Assembly (NCBI GenBank): GCA_963741945.1
Contig: CAVUKA010000001.1
Span: 96,001-160,000, forward strand
Direction: 5' to 3'
DNA length: 64,000 nt
Source: an uncultured Gemmatimonadales bacterium
GTDB taxonomy: Bacteria > Gemmatimonadota > Gemmatimonadetes > Longimicrobiales > RSA9
Shown here: positions 8,963 to 20,275 of the stretch, one piece after another
Position numbering within the stretch: position 1 is the stretch's first letter
Layout of the letters: every line of letters begins with the position of its first letter
Position numbers and translations under genes: made by a program
Notes under the pieces: generated by a model
Told to the model about the DNA's origin: nothing
Databases searched by the model: none
Seen by the model: the letters and a program-made list of their open reading frames with translations, nothing else

Positions 8963-11900
8963 ATGCGCCGTCGCACATCCGGCCTTCTCCTGGCCGCCGC
9001 CCTCGCTCTCGCCGTCGTCCCACGTGGTCCCGCCGCCGCACAGCAGGCGGCGCCGGCGGAGCCGCCCCCATCGGCCACGGAGCCGGGGCGTGACCCGTCG
9101 CAGGCGATGGACGAGGCGTACACGCGGAAGATCCGCGAGTACACCACGGAGCCGTTCTTCCTGTCGCCGCTGGTGGACTACCTGCCGGCGTCGGCAACCG
9201 TGCCGACGCCAGCGAAAGTGCTGGGCGACGTCGCGGGAGCGCCCGGCAAGCTGCCCTATTCGGGGGAGGTCTACGCGTACATGCGCATGCTCGCGGCGGC
9301 GAGCCCCCGCGTGGAAGTCTTCACGATCGGCAAGACCGAGGAAGGCCGCGAGATGATCGCCGTGGCCGTGGCCTCGGAGGAGCTGATGAACCGGCTGGAC
9401 GAGAACCGCGCGGAGCTGGCGAAGCTGGCGGACCCCCGGACCATCGGGCTGAACGATGCCGAAGCGGCGGTCATCGAGGGCCATGCGGCGCCGGTGTACT
9501 ACATCACCGGGACGATCCACTCCGCCGAAGCGGGCGCACCGACGGCGCTGATGGAGCTGGCGTACCGTCTGGCGGTGGACGAGAGCCCGTACGTCCGGAA
9601 CATCCGGGACCACGTGATCACGTTGATCACGCCGGTGACCGAGGTGGACGGGCGCGATCGCATGGTGGACGTATACGAATGGCACAAGAGCCACCCCGGT
9701 GAGACGGCGCCGGCGGTGATCTACTGGGGCCATTACGTGCGGCATGACAACAACCGCGATGCCATGGGCCTCACGCTCGATCTCTCCCGGAACGTGCTGG
9801 ACACGTACGTGGACTGGAAAGCGCAGGTGCTGCACGACCTGCACGAGTCGGTGGCCTACCTCTACGACAACACCATCGGCGACGGCCCCTACAACGCCTG
9901 GCTCGACCCGCTGCTCACGAACGAGTGGCAGATGATCGGGTGGAACAACGTGCAGGAGATGACGCGTTTCGGGATGCCCGGGGTGTTCGCGTTCGGCACG
10001 TTCGACACCTGGTCGCTCGGGTACCTCATGTCGCTGGCGGCCGCGCACAACGGCATCAGCCGACTGTACGAGACGTTCGGCAACGGTGGCACCGCCGAAA
10101 CCGTGGAGCGGACTCTTTCGCCCGGCGAGACCGCGCGCACCTGGTACAAGCAGAACCCGCCGCTGCCGCGGGTGATGTGGTCGCTTCGCAACAACAACAA
10201 CTACCAGCAGACGGGGCTGCTCGTCTCTCTCAGCTACGTCGCGCGGAACCGGCAGCTCTTCCTCAAGAATTTCTACGAGAAGAGCAAGCGCTCGATCCTC
10301 AAGGCGAACACCGAGGGACCCGCGGCCTACGTCCTTCCCGGAGACGACCCGCGGCCGGGGGCGCAGGCGGAGCTTCTGCGTGTCCTGCGGCGCCAGCACG
10401 TCGAGATCGCCCGCGCCACAGCCGCTTTCACCGTGGCCCTGCCCGCCGAGCACGTGGCCTCCGAGGGACGCGGCGGGAAGGGCGCCGAGGAGGCCGACAG
10501 CGCCCCGGAGGATGCGGCGACGCCGGACAGCGCGGGCACCAGGCACCGCACGTTCCCGGCTGGCAGCTTCATCATTCGCATGGACCAGCCGTACTCGCGC
10601 ATCGCGGACGCGCTCCTGGACTACCAGTACTGGTCCCCGACGGACGCGCAGCAGCGGCCGTACGACGACACCGGGTGGACCTTCCCGGAAGGCTTCGGCG
10701 TGAAAGCGTTCCGCGTGCTGGACACGAAGGTGCTCGATGCGCCCATGGAGATGGTCACGGGCTCACTGACTCCGGCAGGCGGCGTACGGGGCACCGGCGG
10801 CGTGTTCCTCATCGAACACGATGGAGACAATGCCCTGGCCACACTCCGCTACCGCTTCGCCGGGGCCGATTTCCGGGCGGCCGAGGAGCCGTTCGACGTG
10901 GGCGACGCGCATTTCGACCGCGGCAGCTTCATCATCCGGGGCATCTCTCGTGGCGAGCTGGACGCGGCCACGAAGGAGCTGGGACTGAAAGCGTATGCCG
11001 TGCCGGCCGCACCCGCGGTCGCTTCCCACCCGCTACGCGCCGCGCGCGTCGCCATCCTGCACACGTGGACCGGCACGCAGACGGAGGGCTGGTGGCGCAT
11101 GGCGTTCGACAAGCTGGGCCTGCCGTTCAGCTATATCTCCGTGCAGGACGTGGCGAAGGACCCGGACCTGAACGCCAGGTACGACGTCATCATCTTCCCG
11201 CCGGCGGGCGGCAGCGGGAAGTCCATCATCGAGGGGATGCCCATGTGGCGAAACCCGATGCCCTGGAAGCACACGTCCCTGACGCCGAACATCGGCGTCA
11301 TCGACGAGACCGAGGATGTGCGGCCGGGACTCGGCTGGAACGGACTGGAGCACCTCCAGCGCTTCGTGCAGCGCGGCGGCGTGCTCATCACCACCTCGAA
11401 CACGTCGGCCTTCGCCATCGACTACGGGTTCGCCAGCGGGGTCAGCCTCAACGACCCGAGCAGCCGGGTCGTGGGAAGTCTGCTCCGCTCGCGCGTCGTG
11501 GATGAACGGAGCCCGATCGTCTACGGCATTCCGGACAGTCTCGCCGTCTACAGCGACAATGGCGCGAGCTTCAGCATCAGCAGCACCAGCGGCGGCCGCG
11601 GCTTCCGCGGCTTCGGGCGCGGTGACGCCGGGCGGCCCACTGGCCGCGGCCGGCCGGATGAAGCCGATGTCCCGCAGGGCCGTCCTCGCCTGGACCCGAA
11701 GTTCGAGGCCCCGCCCACCCCGAAGGTGCGGCCGTGGGAGGCCGCGCCGGTCACGGACGACATGATGCGCGACCCGCTCAACGTCATCCCGCCCGACCAG
11801 CGCCCGCGTGTGGCGCTCCGCTTCGGTGACGCCCACGGCCTTCTCGTCTCCGGACTCCTGGGCGGCGGCGGCAGCGACATCGCGGAGCGCCCGGTGGTGG

Positions 11901-12049
11901 TGGACGTCCCCGTGCAGAAGGGGCACGTGGTCATGTTCGCCAACAACCCGATCTGGCGGGGCGAGGCGATCGCTTCCTACTTCCTGGTCTTCAACACCCT
12001 GTTGAACTGGGACAACCTGAACGCGGGGCGGGCGCTGGACGAACGCTGA
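8963..12049 (+). CDS. Secreted M14-family zinc carboxypeptidase with a C-terminal glutamine amidotransferase-like domain
   Basis: Signal peptide; GKTEEGR, IHSAE (HxxE), DNNRD and DLHE motifs. Confidence 0.88.
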   Translation: MRRRTSGLLLAAALALAVVPRGPAAAQQAAPAEPPPSATEPGRDPSQAMDEAYTRKIREYTTEPFFLSPLVDYLPASATVPTPAKVLGDVAGAPGKLPYSGEVYAYMRMLAAASPRVEVFTIGKTEEGREMIAVAVASEELMNRLDENRAELAKLADPRTIGLNDAEAAVIEGHAAPVYYITGTIHSAEAGAPTALMELAYRLAVDESPYVRNIRDHVITLITPVTEVDGRDRMVDVYEWHKSHPGETAPAVIYWGHYVRHDNNRDAMGLTLDLSRNVLDTYVDWKAQVLHDLHESVAYLYDNTIGDGPYNAWLDPLLTNEWQMIGWNNVQEMTRFGMPGVFAFGTFDTWSLGYLMSLAAAHNGISRLYETFGNGGTAETVERTLSPGETARTWYKQNPPLPRVMWSLRNNNNYQQTGLLVSLSYVARNRQLFLKNFYEKSKRSILKANTEGPAAYVLPGDDPRPGAQAELLRVLRRQHVEIARATAAFTVALPAEHVASEGRGGKGAEEADSAPEDAATPDSAGTRHRTFPAGSFIIRMDQPYSRIADALLDYQYWSPTDAQQRPYDDTGWTFPEGFGVKAFRVLDTKVLDAPMEMVTGSLTPAGGVRGTGGVFLIEHDGDNALATLRYRFAGADFRAAEEPFDVGDAHFDRGSFIIRGISRGELDAATKELGLKAYAVPAAPAVASHPLRAARVAILHTWTGTQTEGWWRMAFDKLGLPFSYISVQDVAKDPDLNARYDVIIFPPAGGSGKSIIEGMPMWRNPMPWKHTSLTPNIGVIDETEDVRPGLGWNGLEHLQRFVQRGGVLITTSNTSAFAIDYGFASGVSLNDPSSRVVGSLLRSRVVDERSPIVYGIPDSLAVYSDNGASFSISSTSGGRGFRGFGRGDAGRPTGRGRPDEADVPQGRPRLDPKFEAPPTPKVRPWEAAPVTDDMMRDPLNVIPPDQRPRVALRFGDAHGLLVSGLLGGGGSDIAERPVVVDVPVQKGHVVMFANNPIWRGEAIASYFLVFNTLLNWDNLNAGRALDER

Positions 12050-12166
12050 TCCGCGGCGAGCGGCGCGCCGCCGCAGGCGGCAGCCGCGTGCAGCGCCCCG
12101 GGAGCGCGCCGGACCGGGGTGGATGTCGGCCCGGCTCGGCGGGCCCGCGGAAGCCCCCGGCGTTCG

Positions 12167-12661
12167 CTACTCCGCCGCCCGGTCATCGCGCGCGCGGGGA
12201 AGCTCTCCCGCGATCAGCGGGTCCTGGCATCCCTTTCCGCCGCGGTACGCTTCGCGGATCCGCGCGTGCGCCTCTCCCGACGAGATCGGTCGCACTACCC
12301 AGTAGTCCTGGAGGCGGGTCGCTGCGAGTTGCAGCCCGCGCTCTGCCGCCACCGGACCGCCCTGTGCAAGCTGGCATATGGCGGGGAGGCTGGCTTCTGC
12401 TTCCCACATCAGGCGCGCCCGACGGTCGAAGATGTAGCGCAGAACGAATCGCCCCACTCCCACCTGCCGATACTGAGCCCGGTGAATCTTCTCGTGGAGC
12501 GCGATCCTGCGTCGTGTCGGCGCGTCGCGGGGGGGATGGAGCACGACCGTCTCCTGTCCCACGGTGATCGCCACGGGGCTCACGCGGCTCGCGGTCGAGA
12601 GCAGCAGTCCGATGCCGGCACAGAGGAGGAGAAACGCGAAGAGCAACCGGCGCCAGCTCAC
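12167..12661 (-). CDS. Small membrane-anchored HExxH protein (DUF4157-like putative metallopeptidase)
   Basis: N-terminal TM; LHEKIHRAQY followed by WEAEA as a candidate third ligand; GGAG upstream of GTG. Confidence 0.6.
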   Translation of the reverse strand: MSWRRLLFAFLLLCAGIGLLLSTASRVSPVAITVGQETVVLHPPRDAPTRRRIALHEKIHRAQYRQVGVGRFVLRYIFDRRARLMWEAEASLPAICQLAQGGPVAAERGLQLAATRLQDYWVVRPISSGEAHARIREAYRGGKGCQDPLIAGELPRARDDRAAE

Positions 12662-12976
12662 CTCCGCTGCTCACATGCGCGGATGCTGCCGATCTCGCGT
12701 CTGAGCGCCGCAGGGTCCGGATTCACCACATGAATCTCCATGGCTCGAAGTACGACCAGGAGATTCAACGTCCTGCACCGCAGCCCGTGGCCTCCTGTTG
12801 CACCTCCCGCAGACGCGCAATCGGCAAGCCAGCGCCGGCAGATCCGACGCGGATCGTGCTCACGGTGGCCGCAATCGTCCGCCAGTGTCGCAGCGGGTGC
12901 ACGAGAACCGCCCCGGGAGTGGCCGCGACTGGCGGGCTCCCGGGGCGGTTCTACGCCCGTTCGGAGTGGTTCCGGC

Positions 12977-15103
12977 TCAGGGGCGCATGAGCTTGCGCGT
13001 GAAGTAGGTGAACTCCAGCGCGTTCGTGTGCGCCGACTCCCGCAGGTTCGCGCCCGCGCCATGGCCGCCTTCGGTCACCTCGAAGAACAGGTACGGGTCG
13101 CCGAGCATGGCCATCTTCGCCGCGAACTTGCGCGCGTGCTGCGGGCCCACGCGGTCATCCTTCGTGGTGGTCCAGATCAGCGGCTCGGGGTACTTCACGC
13201 CGGGCTTCAGGTTCTGGTACGGAGAGATGGAAGCCAGGAAGGCGCGCTCCGCCGGATTGGATACGCTGCCGTACTCGCCCACCCACGATGTGCCCGCGTC
13301 GATGTACTCGTAGCGAAGCATGTCGAGCAGCGGCACCTGGATGTCCACCGCCTGGAAGAGGTCGGGGTTCTGCGTCATCTCCACGCCCATGAGCAGTCCG
13401 CCGTTCGAGCCGCCCATGATCCCGAGCCGTCTGGAGCTGGTGATCCCGCGGGCTATGAGGTCGCGGGCGACGGCGGCGAAATCGTCGTAGATGATCTGCC
13501 GCTTGGTCTTGAGTCCCGCCTCGTGCCACGCCGGCCCGAACTCTCCACCGCCCCGGATGTTGGCGAGCACGAACACACCGCCTCGCTCCAGCCAGAGCTT
13601 CCCGACAATGCCACTGTAGCGCGGCGTCTCCGAGACCTCGAAGCCGCCATACGCGTTCAGGATGGTGGGGTTGGAGCCATCCCGCTTCATGTCCTTCGGG
13701 TGGACCACGAAATACGGGATCCTGGTGCCATCCGTCGACGTCGCCTCCAGCTGCTCCACGGTGTCGGCGGCGGCATCGAACTGGGGGGGCAGGGACTTGA
13801 GCTGTTGCACGTCCCGGGTCGCGGCATCGGCGAGCCACACGCTGCTCGGAGTGAGGAACCCGCTGACACCCACGAACGCCGCCTCGCCATGCGTGTCGGC
13901 GCTCATCACGCCGGTGCTGAGGTTGTCCGGCAGCGACAGACGCTGCCGCGTCCAGCTGCCATCGCCGGCGCGCGCGAACGTGAAGACGCGCCCGCGCACG
14001 TTCTGGTAGATGCTCGCGAGCAGGTGGTCGCGCGTGGCCGCCACACCGCCCACCGATTCCCGCGGGCCGGGAACGAAGACCGCCACCGGATCGAGCTGAT
14101 CGGGATGCGCGGCGGCACCCGCGGCATCGAACGACGCCAGCGCCCCCGAGCCGATCGTCGCCGAGCCTTCCTGCCACGGCTCCGAGAGCTGCACGATCAG
14201 CTGGCCATCCACCATGTCGGTGATGCCGGACTTGAGGGGCAGCGCCAGCTTCACGACGCCGGACGGTGCGACCAGGTACTTCTCCGACTCGAACGTGGTG
14301 AGGGGGCGCTCGATCACGATCGCGCGGTGCCCTGTGCCGTCCACGAGCGTGCCGGGCGAGACACCATACCCGCCGTCGCCGGGATCGCCGCGGAAGATCT
14401 CGATGGCGCCGGCGAGCGGCTGTCCGCGCACCAGGCGCTTCACGATGTACGGATAGCCGGAAGGGGTCAGCTCCCCTTCCTGCCATTCCCGCGAGACCAG
14501 CAGCGTATCCTCGCCCTGCCACGCCACGCGCTGCTTGCCCGTCGGCAGCTCGAAGCCGCCGTCCACGAACGAGCGCGCCCCGAGATCGAACTCCCGGTAC
14601 GTGACCGCGTCCTCACCGCCGTCCGAGAGCGCGATCAGACACCGCCGCTCCGCCGGCTCCGCGCAGTTCGCGCCCCGCCACACCCAGTTGGCGTTCTCGG
14701 CGGTGGCCAGGGAATCCAGGTCCAGCACCGTCGTCCACACGGGCGAGGCCGTGCGGTAGCTGGCCAGTGAGGTGCGGCGCCAGATGCCGCGGACGTGCGC
14801 GCTGTCCTGCCAGAAGTTGTACAGGTCGCCGCCGAGGAACGACGCGTAGGGGATCCGGTCGTGGGCCTGCGCGATCGCCAGCGCGTCGCGGTAGAGCTCC
14901 GCGTACGCCGGATCGTTCTCCAGCACCGCCGTCGTCTTCGCGTTCTCCTTGGCGACCCAGGCCATCGCCCGCTCGCCGCGCTGGGCTTCGAGCCACAGGA
15001 ACGGGTCGTTCGTCGTATCCGGTGATGACGCAGCCGGCTGCTGCGCGAGGGCCGGGGTCGCCAGCGCTGTCATCAAGCACATCAGGGCGATCGCAGATCG
15101 CAT
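12977..15103 (-). CDS. Prolyl oligopeptidase (S9A), secreted
   Basis: Signal peptide ALA-QQ; DPFLWLE, YGGF, NIRGGGEFG, GGSNGG (Ser), DDRV (Asp), GGH (His). Confidence 0.93.
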   Translation of the reverse strand: MRSAIALMCLMTALATPALAQQPAASSPDTTNDPFLWLEAQRGERAMAWVAKENAKTTAVLENDPAYAELYRDALAIAQAHDRIPYASFLGGDLYNFWQDSAHVRGIWRRTSLASYRTASPVWTTVLDLDSLATAENANWVWRGANCAEPAERRCLIALSDGGEDAVTYREFDLGARSFVDGGFELPTGKQRVAWQGEDTLLVSREWQEGELTPSGYPYIVKRLVRGQPLAGAIEIFRGDPGDGGYGVSPGTLVDGTGHRAIVIERPLTTFESEKYLVAPSGVVKLALPLKSGITDMVDGQLIVQLSEPWQEGSATIGSGALASFDAAGAAAHPDQLDPVAVFVPGPRESVGGVAATRDHLLASIYQNVRGRVFTFARAGDGSWTRQRLSLPDNLSTGVMSADTHGEAAFVGVSGFLTPSSVWLADAATRDVQQLKSLPPQFDAAADTVEQLEATSTDGTRIPYFVVHPKDMKRDGSNPTILNAYGGFEVSETPRYSGIVGKLWLERGGVFVLANIRGGGEFGPAWHEAGLKTKRQIIYDDFAAVARDLIARGITSSRRLGIMGGSNGGLLMGVEMTQNPDLFQAVDIQVPLLDMLRYEYIDAGTSWVGEYGSVSNPAERAFLASISPYQNLKPGVKYPEPLIWTTTKDDRVGPQHARKFAAKMAMLGDPYLFFEVTEGGHGAGANLRESAHTNALEFTYFTRKLMRP

Positions 15104-15354
15104 GAGCATCTCCATGTTTGCGTGTCCGCTGATTCTACCCCGCTGCGCCATGGCCGCAAGCGGAAACCGGCCGCCGCGGCGGCGACACCGGGGCGAGCAC
15201 CTCTACACCCGGCTTGCCATCCTGTGGCGGCGCACCGACGATTCCGGCCATGATCCCGCGCGTCGCGCGGGGTCGACGCGGGCGTCGGCCGCCCGTGGCG
15301 CGCCCCCGGTCCCGCGCCGGACCCTGCACGCCCGCCGGGGGTTAGGACATGCCC

Positions 15355-16815
15355 ATGAAGCTGCGCGTGCCACGCTTCCCGAAGCGCCAGATCGGCCGCC
15401 CGGCGCTCGCTGCGCTGCTGGCGGCGCTGGGGGCGTGTGCCGGTGCGTCACTGCCGGGCCGCCCCGGCGGACCCTCGCCCGCGGATGACCCGTGCCTCCT
15501 CACGACGTCGACGCCTGCCGCGGACGAGGCGTCGACGCGGTGGGTGGCGGCGCTCCCCGGCCCGGTGGACCCGGCGCATTCACCCGTGCCGCGGAGCGAG
15601 GCCGAAGGTCTCGTCTTCGCGCAGCTGTACGAGACGCTGGTGCGGATCGACTGCCGGGGCGAGGCGCAGCCTCTCCTGGCGACCGCGTGGGAGGAGGAGG
15701 ATGGGGGCCGGAGGTGGACTTTCCACCTGCGCCCGGGGGCCCGAGCGTGGAACGGCGCCGCTGTTCGTGCGACCGACGTGACGCGGAGCTGGCAGACCAC
15801 CGCTCCGGCCGGCGAGCTGGCCGCGCTGACAGTCCTGAGCGACACCACTCTCCGGGTCGAGCTGCGTTCCCCCGCGAAGGCCGCGTTCTTCGCACGCCCG
15901 GAGCTCGCCGTGGCGCTGCCCGGGACGCCCGGCGGCTGGGCGGTCGGCACGGGCCCGTATCGACCCGAGGCCGCGTCGCCCCGGCTCGCCTCCTCCAGCG
16001 TGCTCCTGCGGTCCGGATCCGGACACGAAGCGGTGGAGTTCCGCGAGATGCGGGGCGATCCCCGGAACGCGCTCGACGCCGGCGTGGACCTCCTGGTCAC
16101 GCGGGATCAGGAAGCCCTCGACTACGCGGCCGCATCCGGAGGGTATCATCGGGCAGCGCTGCCGTGGGACCGCGTGTATGTCCTCGTCGCCCGGGTACCC
16201 GCCGGGTACGACGCGCGGGTCGGGCCATCCGCGGCGGCGCTCCAGGCACTGGCGCGGGACGCGGTGCGCGTGCAGGCGAGGGCCGCGGCAGCCGCTCCGG
16301 CCGATCTGGCCGCCTGCGCTCCGCCCACCACCGCTCCACTCGACGCCGGCGCCGGCCTCCGGAGCTCCGCCGCCCCGGCCGCTCCGGCGCCCGGTGTCGC
16401 TGGCGCGGGGGAGATCCTCTACCCCCGCGAAGACGCCACGGCAGCGGCACTGGCCCAGCGGCTCGTGGCGCTCGCCCGCGCGGGGACGGGCGCGCCGTGG
16501 GTCCACGCCGCGCTGGCGAACGGAAGCGCGCGGCTCACTGCGCGCGGCATGTCCGCCGGGGACTTCGAGAGCGCCCTGGGAAGCGCCACGGCGGCGGGGT
16601 ACGTCCTCCCCATCCGGCGCACGGCGGCGAGCGACCCGTGCGATCTGCTTGCGCGGGCGCGTCGACGGGCACCGTGGCTGGGGCCTTTCGAGCTGCTGCC
16701 GCTCGTGGAGACGCGCGCCAGCGCGATCCTGCGCGAGGGCGTCGCCGGGGTCACGGTGGACGGGGCGGGCACGCTCCTCCTGCCCCCGGCCGGCGCGACG
16801 GGGACCCGGCCGTGA
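15355..16815 (+). CDS. Family-5 solute-binding-protein-like lipoprotein
   Basis: Lipobox LGAC; LYETLVRID, PLLATAW, WTFHLRPGA and GTGPY motifs of the SBP_bac_5 N-terminus. Confidence 0.75.
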   Translation: MKLRVPRFPKRQIGRPALAALLAALGACAGASLPGRPGGPSPADDPCLLTTSTPAADEASTRWVAALPGPVDPAHSPVPRSEAEGLVFAQLYETLVRIDCRGEAQPLLATAWEEEDGGRRWTFHLRPGARAWNGAAVRATDVTRSWQTTAPAGELAALTVLSDTTLRVELRSPAKAAFFARPELAVALPGTPGGWAVGTGPYRPEAASPRLASSSVLLRSGSGHEAVEFREMRGDPRNALDAGVDLLVTRDQEALDYAAASGGYHRAALPWDRVYVLVARVPAGYDARVGPSAAALQALARDAVRVQARAAAAAPADLAACAPPTTAPLDAGAGLRSSAAPAAPAPGVAGAGEILYPREDATAAALAQRLVALARAGTGAPWVHAALANGSARLTARGMSAGDFESALGSATAAGYVLPIRRTAASDPCDLLARARRRAPWLGPFELLPLVETRASAILREGVAGVTVDGAGTLLLPPAGATGTRP

Positions 16816-18637
16816 GCTTCCGCACGCGTCTGCTCGCCGCCGGGCTCCTGCTGGCCGTGGCCCCGCTCGCGTTCTTCGGCGTGCGCGCGCGGCAGGAGGT
16901 CTCGGCCCGGCTCCGGGCGCTGGACCAGCGGCGCGTGGACGGACTCGCCACCCTCATCCAGCAGGAGCTCGGGCGCCAGTCGGATGCCATTGCCACGCGC
17001 CTCGACCGCCTGGCCGCGGCCATGGCGGACGACAACCGGCTGCGCGTGGCGGTCCGGGGCGGCACCGGTGCGGACCGCGCCTACCTCCTCGACTACGCCC
17101 CGCGCGCCATGCCTCTCTCCGGCCTCGATGCTCTGCGCATCCAGGCGGCGGACGGGCGCGTCCTCAGCTCGGGGCATTTCCGGAACGAGTACGACGTGGT
17201 CGACCCGGCGCTGCCGGAAGCGCTCCGTCGAGCGGGCGACGAGGGCGCCCTCGTCGCGATGCCCACCGCTTCGGGCTCGCTGCTCGCCCTGGCGCGTGCC
17301 CGGTCGGTCCGCCTCGGCACCGGCACCCTCATCCTGGTGGGCGGACTCACCGTGGACGAGGCGTTTCTCGAGCGCCTGGCCCGCGGCACGGGTCTCGACG
17401 TGACCCTGCGCGGGGCACCGGGCGGAGAGCCGGGGCGGGCGGGCCCCCCGACGGGTGACGCCGGCTCCCGCACTGCGCATGATCCGGGGCCGCGAACGGC
17501 CGGCGCCGTGTCCGGCCCCGGAGACTACGTGCGCGTGGTGCAGATCCGGGCAGTGGATGACGATGACGGCATGGCCCGCTTCGAAGTTCGCGCCTCCAGC
17601 GCACCGCTGGCGGCCGTCCTGCGCAGCCTGGATCGCTGGCTCCTGGTCGCACTGGCGGCCGCCGTGCTCCTCGCCCTGCTGCTGGCGCTCCTGGTCGCGC
17701 GCCGCCTGGGACGCCCCATCGCGGCGCTGGCCGGCAAGGCGGAAGCGCTGGACCTGGACCGCCTCGATGTCTCGTTCGCCACGGACCGCGGCGATGAGAT
17801 CGGAACACTTTCCCGCGTGCTCGATGGCATGGTGGCCCGCCTGCGCGCCAGCGCCGCGCGCCTGCGGGAGGCCGAGCGCCGCGCCACGATCGGCGAGATC
17901 GCGCGGCAGGTGAACCACGACGTCCGCAACGGGCTGATCCCCATCCGGAACGTGGTCTCCCACCTTGCGGAACTCGCGCGCGACCGGCCGGACGAGCTGC
18001 CGGCGGTGTTCCGAGAGCGGCAGCAGACGCTGGAATCCAGCGTCGCATACCTCCAGACCCTCGCCAGCCAGTACGCCCGCCTGTCGCCGCGTGCGGAGCG
18101 CCGACCCTGCGACCTCAACGCCATCGTCCGGGAGGTGGCGGGCGACACCCGGCCGCCCACGCCCCCGGACTCCCAGCAGGAGACGCGGCCGGCGAGCGGG
18201 AGCGGACGTGCGACGCCCCCGGTCGCCCTCCGCCTGGGCCCCGGTCTCCCGCTCGTGACGGCCGACCCCGTGGCGCTCCGGCGCATCGTCGAGAACCTGG
18301 TGGTGAACGCCCTGGAGAGCCTCCCGGATGGCCGCGGCGGCGTCACCATCGCCACCCGCCCGGATGGCGGCGCCGTGGTCCTCGAGGTGGCCGATACGGG
18401 AACGGGGATGCCGCCGGAGGAGCGCGACCGCATCTTTCAGGACTTCTATACGACGAAGGAACGGGGAACGGGGCTCGGGCTCTCCATTGTGCGGCGGCTG
18501 GTCAGCGACCTGGGCGGGCGCATCACGGTCGACAGCTCACCCGGCGTCGGCAGCCGGTTCCGGGTCGAGCTGCCCGCCCCGGCCGGGCCCGGCCGCGCGG
18601 CGAGCGCCGATCCCGACAGCAGCGCGGAGGCGAGGAC

Positions 18638-18641
<4 letters not shown>
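16812..18641 (+). CDS. HAMP-domain sensor histidine kinase (NtrY-like)
   Basis: Two TMs; HAMP (DEIGTL); H-box ARQVNHDVRNGL; N-box NLVVNA; DTGTGM, FYTTK and GTGLGL; GTGA overlap with the upstream gene. Confidence 0.92.
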
Positions 18642-20014
<1,373 letters not shown>

Positions 20015-20060
20015 CCGCCTCGCGGCGCCGCCGGCTCCGTCCGCCCAGGCCGGCCCTGGC

Positions 20061-20110
20061 GTGTCCATGTGGACACAAACAGGCCGATCTGCACGTGTCC
20101 GCCGCGACAC
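20061..20110. promoter_or_regulatory. Two enhancer-like palindromes GTGTC-N6-GACAC
   Basis: GTGTCCATGTGGACAC (20061-20076) and GTGTCCGCCGCGACAC (20095-20110), about 90-140 bp upstream of a sigma54 site. Confidence 0.75.
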
Positions 20111-20197
20111 ATCCCACTTCGAGCATCGGGTCGGTCGAATGCGCTAAGCCCATTTCCGACAATACTTTATGTCCTTCTGCGTGAAGGTGCGCCGCAA

Positions 20198-20212
20198 CGG
20201 CTGAACCCTTGC
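20198..20212 (+). promoter_or_regulatory. Sigma54 -24/-12 promoter
   Basis: CGGCTGAACCCTTGC, GG and TTGC at canonical spacing; AT-rich tract at 20161-20172 between it and the enhancers. Confidence 0.75.
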
Positions 20213-20275
20213 CCTCCTCCAGACCGAGAGCAGGACCCCGCGCCGGGGAGCGGCGCACTGCGGAAGGAGGCAACC

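Noticed and set aside
12658-12990. Short ORFs between the HExxH gene and the prolyl oligopeptidase
   Set aside because: No recognisable motif or convincing RBS on either strand.
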